Positions 13,375-23,114 of a stretch of DNA of 64,000 bases are shown one piece after another. Position numbers and translations under genes: made by a program. The stretch's first letter is position 1. Each line of letters opens with the position of its first letter. This DNA comes from the human T2T-CHM13v2.0 reference genome, Homo sapiens: assembly GCF_009914755.1 (NCBI RefSeq), contig NC_060935.1. The stretch is one strand, 5' to 3'. The notes beneath the pieces were generated by a model. It saw only the letters and a list, made by a program, of their open reading frames with translations. It made no database searches and had not been told where the DNA came from.

Positions 13375-13570
13375 TTTAATATGTAAGATATATATCATAT
13401 ATGTAACATATAGTATATATCACATATGTATTACACATTACACACATATGTGATATATACTATATATTACATATTTTTATCATAAACTTATGAGTATTAT
13501 TTTCTGTATCATATATAAATATGAAATATATGTATGTCACATATATGTGACATACATGTTATATATAAGG
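13375..13570. repeat. AT-rich low-complexity tract with two palindromes
   Basis: 31-bp inverted arms 13399-13429/13444-13474 and a perfect 28-bp palindrome 13530-13557. Confidence 0.85.
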
Positions 13571-13581
13571 TAATCCGTCTA

Positions 13582-13950
13582 TGTATTAGTTTTTGCTGCA
13601 GTAACAATCAACTGTAAAAATATCAATGACTTATAAAAACAAATGTTTATTTCTTGCTCTTTTTACATAAGGTCTGCAAGAAGTGTGCTGCAGCTCTGCT
13701 CTAGACTGCAGGTGGGTGTAGACCTATTCCATGTTTCTTTTAATCTAAGACCCAGAAGGACCTGCTGACTCATGGAAGAGGGCAAAAACACAAAAGTACT
13801 GGTAGAAACTTACAATGTCTCTAAAAGCTTCTCACATTCTATTTCCAAAGTTAGTCACATAGCCAAGCCAAAATAAATGAGTCAGGAAGTGTACCCACCT
13901 ACAAAGAAAGTGGGTAATATAATTATTCACAATTATATCACCAACCACCA
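13582..13950 (-). mobile_element. MLT1 (J/K/L-like) LTR
   Basis: tgtattagtttttgctgcagtaacaa..aaacaaatgtttatttcttgctc..agtcacatagccaagcc. Confidence 0.65.
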
Positions 13951-13994
13951 TAGAGATATTTTTAAAAATTTAATTTCCATTTCTGTTAAAAAAC

Positions 13995-14100
13995 AAACAA
14001 ACAAACATTTATGGTATACTAGCTGTGTCCCATATATTGTGCTAGTGGCTGGGAATATAAATATGAAAAGTTTTAGATCCTGACCCTAAGGAGCACAAAA
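13995..14100 (-). mobile_element. L2 3' end
   Basis: aacaaacatttat..tgtgctagtggctgggaatata..cctgaccctaaggagcaca. Confidence 0.65.
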
Positions 14101-14350
14101 TATCATAAAATGATATTTTTTAGAATCTCATCAGTCTAATACTGTTGCATCCCAAGCTGTATAATTCATTGAACAAAATTTTCTATAGTTAATACCTGTT
14201 ATAAAGTACATGTATGTATACATATATCCAGTCTGGGTGACAGAATGAAACTCTCTCTCTCTCTCTGTGTTTCTCTCTCTGTCTTAAATAAATGTTTATT
14301 AAGTTGAATTAAAACACATTACATAGATGGGACAAAAATACATTTTAGTT

Positions 14351-14472
14351 CATATACATATATATACATACATCTATATATGTGTGTGTATGTGTATATA
14401 TACATATATAGAGAGAGATAGATAGATAGATAGACAAATAGATAGATAGATATAGACAGACAGAGAGAGAGA
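14351..14472. repeat. Compound (TA)/(TG)/(GATA)n/(GA)n microsatellite in the AluJ tail
   Basis: Directly visible repeats. Confidence 0.85.
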
Positions 14473-14756
14473 GACTCACTCTGTCACTCAGGCTGGAGTA
14501 CAGAGGCGCTGTCATGGCTCACTGAAGCCTTGACCTTCCCAGGCACAACCGATCCTCGCATTTCCACCTCCTGAGTAGCTGGGACTACATGCATGCACCA
14601 CCATGTCTGGTTTATTTATTTATTTATTTTGTATTTTCTAGAGACAGGGTTTCATTATCTTGCTCAGGCTGGCCTCAAGCTCCTGGGCTCAAGCGACTCA
14701 CACACCTCAGCATCCCAAAGTGTTGGAATTACAGGTGTGAGCCACGGTGCCCAGCC
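14471..14756 (-). mobile_element. AluJ
   Basis: J-type motifs (catggctcactgaagccttgacc, ctcctgggctcaagcga); probable TSD taaagta(c/t)at at ~14202 and 14757. Confidence 0.9.
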
Positions 14757-16169
14757 TAAAGTATATATTTTTTTACTAAGTTTTCTAACTTTAATATTTT
14801 TGCTTATCTGAAGAAAATTATGTTGCTGAAAAACCATCCAACATTAAAGATGAACAGTCAGTATCCAAGTTAAGAACTGAATAGTCACATTAGCTAGTGC
14901 AACTTTTATATATTCCACATTTTCAATTGCTATCTTGTTAGAAGTTTGTGGTCCCATCTGTTAAATATGGCCATATTAAAACTGACATGAAAGAGTCTCC
15001 AGTTTGTTATTTTCTGTTTATAACTTTTAGCCTAAATGTTGTTCATAAAATACACTTTCTTACTTAAATTCTTAATGAAAATGTATTTTTAAAAACCCAG
15101 AAAGCTGGCAGAACCTTTCTGCTAATTGAAAATGTGGTCAGGTTTTCTATGAACTTTCTGTCTGAAAGCAGCGCTGAGCTTGGAACTGCACATGTGTATT
15201 TTTGCACACATGCAAAAACTTTTAGCAAAAAAAAGTTTTAGACAGGTCTTGCATCAAATTACTCAATTTTAAAGGTTGCCATGGAAACAGATTAGCCCTC
15301 TGGAAGTGCAAAACCATGCTTGAGTCTAATGCAAAGAACAATCCATAGTATGAAAGAGAAGAACAGCTGGGAGCTGAGGTAGTGTCAGCTGACATGTCAG
15401 ACAGTAGCCAGACAAAGTGAGCCAGGCACTGTCTGGGAAAAAAGGGGAGTGGGGGCTGGGGACGCAACTGAACACTGGCTACAGAGTGAACAAAATGGCC
15501 CAGCTGTTCACTCTCATCATAACTAAGAAAATATAGAGAATTCCAAGGACGAAGATTAAATTTACTAAGAGAATGAATATTTAAAATAAAATGGATTGCC
15601 CAAAGCAGCCTCCACCAGATGCTTTTGACTAGAAAGTGCAAGCAGGACTCTTCGTGGTAGGCCCAGTATCCTGGTTGCTAATGTGTTTGGGATATAAAAA
15701 CTGAGTGTAATCTCTCTCTTCCTGGGATATTGCCCTTCTTGCTTTGTGGCTGTTGGAAAGTTGCTTTCTTCTAGCAAGTTATCATGTAGCACTTCTCTTC
15801 TTGCACTGTCCCGAAGGGGAGGGGCAATTCCTAGACTGAGATGGATTCAAGGAGGCCTCTCATGTACATGGTATCGGTAGCATGATTTGGAGGAATGGCC
15901 TGGGAGACAAAATGTCTGGAGTCATCTAAGACACTTGTTTTCTCTGAGTTGCAGTTGTTGAGCAAAGGTAAGGCAGTATGTTTCAAATAAGCTGAGGTCA
16001 GAAAAGATGTTTTAGGAAACAAACAGGTTGAAAGACACTGTGTTTTTGAATCTTGAGGACTCACAATCTTATCTTGTAAGTCCTCACTTGATGTCATCAA
16101 AGGGTTCCTGGAAACAAAGACGTTAAGGGAAATGACGTATAACAAAACCAATTTTACCACAGGCTAATT

Positions 16170-16668
16170 GCAATAAACAAGACGTAAGTTTCTACAGCAT
16201 ATTTCTCATCACAAGACCTTCACCAAACTTCTAAGTAAAGACGAAAAACACTCTTAATATTAAATATTGCAAGGTGAGATATATAAGCATTTTTAAAAGA
16301 TTAATAAAAACAAGCAGGATAATTAGTTAATAATATTTTCAATTAATGATCATGAGTTGCCAGAAGTGCCAGAGCCTATCCTGGTAGCTCAGGGTGAGTG
16401 GCAGGAACCAACCCTGGACAAGAGGCTATCCCATGGAAGGGCACATTCACACACACACATACACTCGCTCAGATGAGGACCATGTTAGGGACCACATCAC
16501 ATAATATAAACATCTTTGAGATGTCCAAGGAAACCAGAGTACCTGGAGAAATCCCACACAGATGTGGGGAGAACTTGCAAACTCCACATAATAGCCCTGG
16601 CTGGGAATCTATTTTTTTTTATAGCAAAACAATGTTGAATAAAATGATGTTATTCAAAGATCTGCTAT
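16170..16668. mobile_element. MER6-type (TcMar-Tigger) element, one end truncated
   Basis: ggaaaccagagtacctggagaaatcccacacagatgtggggagaacttgcaaactccaca and terminal tgttattcaaagatctgcta. Confidence 0.8.
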
Positions 16669-16724
16669 ATGCTAAATTCTCTACGAAATCCCAAAAAGGA
16701 GGAAAAGCTGTCAACTACGTTTAA

Positions 16725-16828
16725 TCCAATGTTTCCTTCATTATTTGGCCACAGAAAACTTTTATCACTTAACACTTGTTAAGATTCCACAGTGATGGGA
16801 CCTTACAGTTCACTTTGGAAAACACTGG
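16725..16828 (+). mobile_element. MER103-like terminal fragment
   Basis: ttatttggccacagaaaac..cactttggaaaacactg, matching the end of the 1050-1382 element. Confidence 0.5.
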
Positions 16829-17124
16829 AATAACTGTTCCCAAGGACATTTTCAGCTGTGAAATCTGCATTATATTCCATATTTTTCAACTTTGTTGACA
16901 TAGGGTCAATGCCGGAAGCTCAACCTTGGCTAGCACCTGGAAAGGAAAGATTGACTATCTTTCAAATCATCATTAAAACACAGAGGGTAGCTTCTGTTTC
17001 ATATATAAAGTATGGTCAAGTAGTAACTACAGGCAAATTATTTTTAAAAGTGGGTGCTCCCCTGGCCTCCAGAGTGTAATTAAAATGCAAGGCAAGTTCT
17101 TATCCACAGGCAGCATCAGGATAA

Positions 17125-17322
17125 TGTAGTTTAAAAATAGCATAAAGAACAAACTCTACAATCTCACAGTTTAAAACTTAACTTTATCACTAATTAACTG
17201 TGTGCCTTCGGGCAAATAATTTAACCTCTCTAAATCTCAACTCCTTTTTTCTATAAAATAAAGATAACCACAATGTTCACCAACACAATACCTGACAAAT
17301 AATAAGTGTTCAATAAAGGTTA
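17125..17322 (+). mobile_element. MIR
   Basis: actgtgtgccttcgggcaaataatttaacctctcta..taagtgttcaataaa. Confidence 0.7.
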
Positions 17323-17544
17323 GAAAAAAAAAATCAGTAAAAGGAAATTAGGAGGGCCTCAGAAAAACCAGGCAACTTCCCTAAACAAAAAAACAAAAAC
17401 AAACAAGCAAACAAAAAGAATCATCCTTAGGTCAGGCCTTTTAATGACATCCCTATCATTTTAAATTAAGAAGGAATAATATCTAAAGTTAACTGAGTCT
17501 AAACACAAAAAAGGGGGTTTCTTTCTTTAGTTGTACCTTCCTGA

Positions 17545-18070
17545 ATACTTAGGTGATACTTTTTCCAAAATACAAATACAAGCATGTCATTTGCCTACTT
17601 AAAACCTTGCTGTATCCTAGGAAGCCACTGCCTGCGCAGTGACTCATCCCACACATTTATCTCTACAACACAGCCCTAGCCCTAGCTCCAGGTTGTGGAT
17701 TTACTTGTGATATTGTAAATGTACCCTGTTGTGTCCTAAGTTGATGTCTTACACTAGTTGCTCCCTTAGCGTGAAACACCCTTACCCTCACTTATCTGTT
17801 TGTTCCTTTATTCCACCCCTGGCTCATGTCACCTCCTCTATAAGCCTTCCCTAATCATCCCCCAGTTCCTGACTCACCCAAGTTCCTCCAGAGAGTTGGC
17901 TCTGTCCTCTGGGTGCCCTCATAGTTCACTATAGTGTCCCTGGGCTGCACTGAAATGATTTGCTTCCTCACCAACTTCCCAGCTCCAGCATGCTTCGTGC
18001 TAGAGACGCCATTTGTCTTTGTGTCCCCAGAGTCTCACAGGGCTCTGGGCAAACATCTGTTAAAGGAAGG
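17545..18070 (+). mobile_element. L2 3' fragment
   Basis: catgtcatttgcctacttaaaacctt, tgtcacctcctctataagccttccct, tctttgtgtccccag. Confidence 0.6.
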
Positions 18071-18454
18071 CATGAGGATATAGGGAAATGTTTCTGGAAA
18101 CTGTTTTACCAAACAAACACTGTTGTGGCATGGAAAAGGTATTTTTTCCCACCAAATGTTTTGTTTTGTTTTTTAGCTACATACTAAAACAAACAAACAA
18201 ACTTGTATACCTCAGGAACCACAAGCAAAATTAGGGTGCAAATCACAAGTAGAAAAAAACAAATCCGCCACAGACATGAGAGTTAGTATCTTTAGCTATC
18301 AGAAAAGGCAAATGTAACAAATGCCAATAAATACCTTGCTCACCTTCCTCAAATGATGGGCTTTAGGATAGTGAAGGGTACTGGTTTCAGTTAGAAGGTG
18401 GTCTGGCATTCTCAGATAGGACTCTGAGATAGGATCTGGAAACCTGACGGTACA

Positions 18455-18630
18455 TTTCTTTTTTTCTCTTTTATTATTATTTTTAGTTGACACATAATAA
18501 TTATACACATTTATGGACTACAGTGTGATATTTCAGTATGTGTATACATTGTATAATGATCAAATCAGAGTAATTAACATATCAATCACCTCAAACATGT
18601 ATCATTTCTTTGTGTTGGACGTTTTAATGT
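18455..18630 (-). mobile_element. L1MA 3' terminal fragment
   Basis: T-rich tail then ttgacacataataattatacacatttatgg..aatgatcaaatcagagtaatta. Confidence 0.8.
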
Positions 18631-18639
18631 TCTAATAAG

Positions 18640-18808
18640 GATCATAGTGGAACTTGAGGCTCTAGAGTTGCCTGTGTTTAAATCCAGGTTCCACTTCTTT
18701 CCAGCTCTGAAAATGCGAGAAAATTTTTTCACGTCTCTGAGCCTGTTTCTGCTTCTGTGAATAACCATACACACTCCAGTCCTTAGAACAGGGCCAAGCA
18801 TATAGTAA
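18640..18808 (+). mobile_element. MIR, tail interrupted by the MER51 LTR
   Basis: ctctagagt..tttaaatccaggttccactt..tctctgagcctgtttc..cttagaacagggccaagcatatagtaa. Confidence 0.6.
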
Positions 18809-19349
18809 TGTTACCAGTGGAGGTTCTTGACTACGAGTTGTCCAGGTTCTTGGTGTTTTGAACAAAGAATTGAACAAAATGCACAAAAAAAATGAAGGAA
18901 TGAAGTAATAAAAGCATAGAATTATTGAAACAAAAGTACACTCCACAGACTAGGAGTGGGATTGTGCAAGTGGCTCAAGAGAGCTAGTTACAGAATTTTC
19001 TGGGGCTTAAATATCCTTTAGAGGTTTCCCACTGGGTATTTGATTACACCCTACATAAAGGAAGGAGTGGCCCACCACGTCATAATGGTTGTGGGAGACA
19101 ACCAATCAGAGGCTGAAGTGAAGTTACAAAGTTACACAAGAAGAATTGGCCCTTGACCAGCCTGATTGGTTGCAGGAGGGGTCCAATCAGAGGTACCTCC
19201 CATTTTTCATCTGCAGCCCAATGCAAAGGTAACTGATCGTTTTGTTACTTGGGTGTGGAGAGGTGGGGTTTTCCTTTTGATTCAGTTCTAGGAATTCAGC
19301 GTGAATCAGCCTTAGGTTCCTTGTCTCTGGACCCTATTCTCCTGCCTCA
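18809..19349 (-). mobile_element. MER51A-like ERV1 solo LTR
   Basis: TG...CA ends, reverse complement starts tgaggcaggagaatagggtccagagac, several CCAAT boxes, perfect 4-bp TSD gtaa. Confidence 0.9.
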
Positions 19350-20792
19350 GTAACTGCTTGTTAATTGTTATTGGATCATTTTACTATTATTTGCATCATT
19401 ACAGTATTTGTTGTTGTGGTTGTTACATAAAGTTATTTAAGTGTGGTGCCTGGAGCAACGTGTTCATTGTGTGACCTTAGCCCAGGGGAATCTCACACTT
19501 TTTTATATGTAACAATAGCAGAGAGGAGGGTTGGAGATAACACAAAAGATTAAATACGATAATCTCAAAATGAAATCATTTGTAAACTGTAAAGAGCGAT
19601 TAAGTCGTTAGTTCGATATTGTTTATCTTATTTAAACTCAATTAAATAAAATTTGGCCCGTTTGAACCTTCCTCCAGGTGTGGCCATTTGGTTGGGGACC
19701 AAGTAATATAAATAATGTGAGCTAATTAGAAACTATAATTGTGAAAGAATTTCTGAAACCTTTCGTAGACTAAGTTTTCAGTGTGGAAGCCTACGAATTC
19801 TGCAGCCTCAAGACTACTTATTTTCCCAGATGGCATTCCAGATATACCTAAACTTTTGCAAAACCCATCCTCTTTAAGATGATGGGTAATTGAATAAAAA
19901 GAATGAAACTGACTCTGCAAATATCTGGTTAATACATTTACTCACTGCTCAGTACTTCAGTAATATAACAGTGAGCAGAAGCAGGTTGAAGGAGTAAGTC
20001 CTGAAACTTCATTCACTAGCAAATGGCTGTGACCTTCAGAGAACCACAAATTGGGAGTGAGTCCATGTATAACAAGCCCTTTTTTGGTTTGTTTGTTTTT
20101 ACTTTCTCTTTCAGTAATGACATGGATCTGGAGAGATTCTCTTAGGAGAGAATCTGGCTAAGTGTCTAGCAGGATGATTGATTAACAAGATGTTTTGTTT
20201 TCATCATCTCAGAGATAAGTACAACTATTCTGTCATCTAATCTGCTAACTCCTACATTATCAATACGGTAGTAATAAATTATGAATAAACATAAAATATA
20301 CAGAGATAGAAACTGCAAATTTATTTCAGAGAGCACAGTTAAGGGACTGATTTTATTATTTACACTGAATTATAAGCACAATTATTTCCTCCAACTATAA
20401 CCACAGAAAGTACTTTAAATTAGGATGCTTGGGCTGAACAGCCCAGAAAATCTACTAGCCAGAAATTGAGATGAGCCTGTGGATAGAGTTTTAGGTCATG
20501 CTTCCAGTTCACATTCCAGCAGAGATAAATGTGAGGCCTGGGCAGCATTTAGGTTTTGAGGTTTTTCACTCTTTGTTTTTTCCTTTGACTTTTAGCAGTA
20601 GCTAGCCATGATGAATGACTATCAGTTACAATTAGGGTTGCCAGATAAAATATAGGGCTTCACGTTAAACTGATTTTCAGATAAACAATAAATAATCATT
20701 TAGTATAATTTGGCACATATACTAAAAATTTGGGTTATACTAAAAAAATTCATTGTTTATCTGAAATTCAAATATAATTAGACCCTCCATAT

Positions 20793-21658
20793 TCTTTTTT
20801 AAACAGCTGTATTGAGGTATAATTGATATGCCAAATAACTGGACACATTCAACTTGTGCAATTTGATGAGTTTGGAGATACACATACATCTGTGAAACCA
20901 TCACCAAAATCAAGGTAATACATATATCCATCACCACTAAAAGTTTCTTCTTTCCCCTTTTTTTGTTATTTTGAATTTTGTGGTAAAAACACTTACCATG
21001 AGATGCTATTAAATTTTTACATGTACAATACTGAATTGTCAACTAAGGGCACTATATTGTAGAGTAGATCTCTAGAACTTGTTCATCTTAAAAAACTGAA
21101 GCTTCAAACCTATTGAACAACTCCCCATCCCCATCTCTCCCAGGCTCTGGCAACCATCATTATACTCTGTTTCTGTGAATTGGACTATTTTATTTATTTT
21201 TTTTTATTTTTTGAGAGTGAGACAAGGTCTCACTTTGTCACCCAGGCTGGCATACAGTGGTGCAATCATGGCTCACTGCAGCCTCAAATTCCTGGGCTCA
21301 AGTGATCCTCCTGCCTCAACCTTTCAAGTAGCTGGGGCTACAGGCATAACCCATCATGCCAATTTTTTTTTTTTTTTTTTTTTTTGTAGAGATAGGATCT
21401 TACTATGTTGCTCAGGCTGATGCTAAACCCCTGGCCTCAAGTGGTTCTCCTGGCTCAGCCTCCCAAAGCACTGGGATTATAGGCATGAGCCACCACACCT
21501 GGCCTGGTTGAACTATTTTAGATATTTCACCATGATTGCAATGGTACAATTATAGCTCACTGTAGCTATTAAGCCAGTCACAGAAGACCAAATATCTCAC
21601 TTACATGAGGCATAATCACATTTAGCATAACGTCTTCCAGATTCATCCATGTTGTTGA
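20793..21658 (-). mobile_element. L1MA9/10-L1MB-like 3' fragment, itself interrupted by AluJ
   Basis: tattgaggtataattga..agtagatctctagaacttgttcatctt..ctctggcaaccatcattatactctg..ttccagattcatccatgttgtt. Confidence 0.85.
21193..21504 (-). mobile_element. AluJ
   Basis: catggctcactgcagcctcaaattcctgggctcaagtgatcctcc; TSD ttg(g/a)actatttta. Confidence 0.92.
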
Positions 21659-22139
21659 ATTTTTATTTGCCAGCTCTGACAACCTTAGTTACAATCAATT
21701 TATGAGAAGGAATTATCTGTCTCCCTACATACATTTCCCAGTGAGGAGAAAATAAGTGATTCCCTCAGACACAGAGGTCCTAGACAGCCCCACTAGCTAC
21801 ATTTTCCTCTTCCAAGTACAGAAGGAAATAGCTCCTTTAATGTTAAGAAGGTACCAGTTGCTTCCTTTGCCTGACTAAACTTTTTTCCTGCCTTCCCCTT
21901 AACTCTTATTTAAGTGGGAGGAGAGAATGGAAAGGTGATTAAGCATTTCAACCCAATGCCAAAATACACAATTTGCTAAGCAAATGCTTGTAAAAGAGAG
22001 GCTTGTAACAGAAAGAAATTGTTCATTAATTTCCTTACACCCTTTTCTTTTATTAATGATTAATCTATTTTGGCAGTTAGCAGAAAACACTTCCCTCTCT
22101 TCTAGGGTATTTCTATGAGTCATATTGGAGGGAAAAACA

Positions 22140-22310
22140 GAGGTTTGGGATTCATACAATGTAGTTTCAAATTCAGCCTCCAGGACATACAAGTTATATG
22201 AGCTCTATTTCTTCATATTTTTATCTGTAAAATGGGACAATAACACAGTAATCACCCTTACAGAACTATTGTGAGAGTTAAATGGTATGAGGTACAAAAA
22301 GACACAAAAT
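22140..22310 (+). mobile_element. MIR
   Basis: atctgtaaaatgggacaataac..ttgtgagagttaaatg. Confidence 0.65.
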
Positions 22311-23114
22311 TTTGGGTTGGGATTTTCCTCCTCCTTCTCTTTCTGAATTTTTAGAAAGCTTTGAAAGGTTTATTCATCCTTTCATCTTTTTATTTTTTTA
22401 AATATAAAGAGTCAAGGCACTGCCTCCTCTTCTCTCCACCAAGTGTATTTCCCTTGGCACTGCTTGAAGGTTCAGGATTATCTGCTTAGGAATCCTGTCT
22501 GTGATCTCTATTTATAATCACCCTTACCTTCACATGTGTCTGCCATATAAACTTTATCTTTGGGGTAAGAATACTTGTAACTTCAAATCTGTAGATAAAA
22601 AAATAGTCTATTTTTATAGATGCCTAATACTTTTTGGAAGAGACCATCAAAAATTATTAAGTCACTCTCTGAGTTTGGAAGTAATGGTTAATGTTCACTA
22701 AATGTTATAAAGCTGTGAATGTTTCCAAATTTTGAAATATAAATATGCATTATGTTTATGATAAAAATAAAATTAATTGAGTATCAAAATATTAATAAGT
22801 TACTAAAGACCTCATAACCAGTCAGAGGCAGAAACAAACCTTGAATTTTGTTCTTCTGACTACAAATAGGGGCTTATTTCCTTCTAGTATGCTGTCTCCT
22901 TGGTATGTTCCACTTGCCCTGGTGATCTTACAATGGATAATAATAAATATTCAAAAGTGAACAAACCCTGTCTTCCCCAATAGATCATAATGACCTTGAG
23001 AACGGGAGCCATGCCCTGTACTTGCATAAAATGGTGTCATCTAGATCCTAAGTGCTTATCAAATGTTTATTGACTAAATGATTTCCTACTCACAATAACT
23101 TTTCATTATCTTTT

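Larger units (their letters stand above)
20633..21687. mobile_element. MER53 (hAT MITE) split by L1: 20633-~20792 and ~21660-21687
   Basis: tagggttgccagataaaata..ttttcagataaacaata..ttgtttatctgaaattcaaat, distal end tctgacaacctta; perfect 8-bp TSD gttacaat at 20625 and 21688. Confidence 0.85.

Noticed and set aside
15222-16160. 139-aa and 109-aa minus-strand ORFs in non-repeat DNA
   Set aside because: Composition typical of random AT-rich frames; no family recognised.
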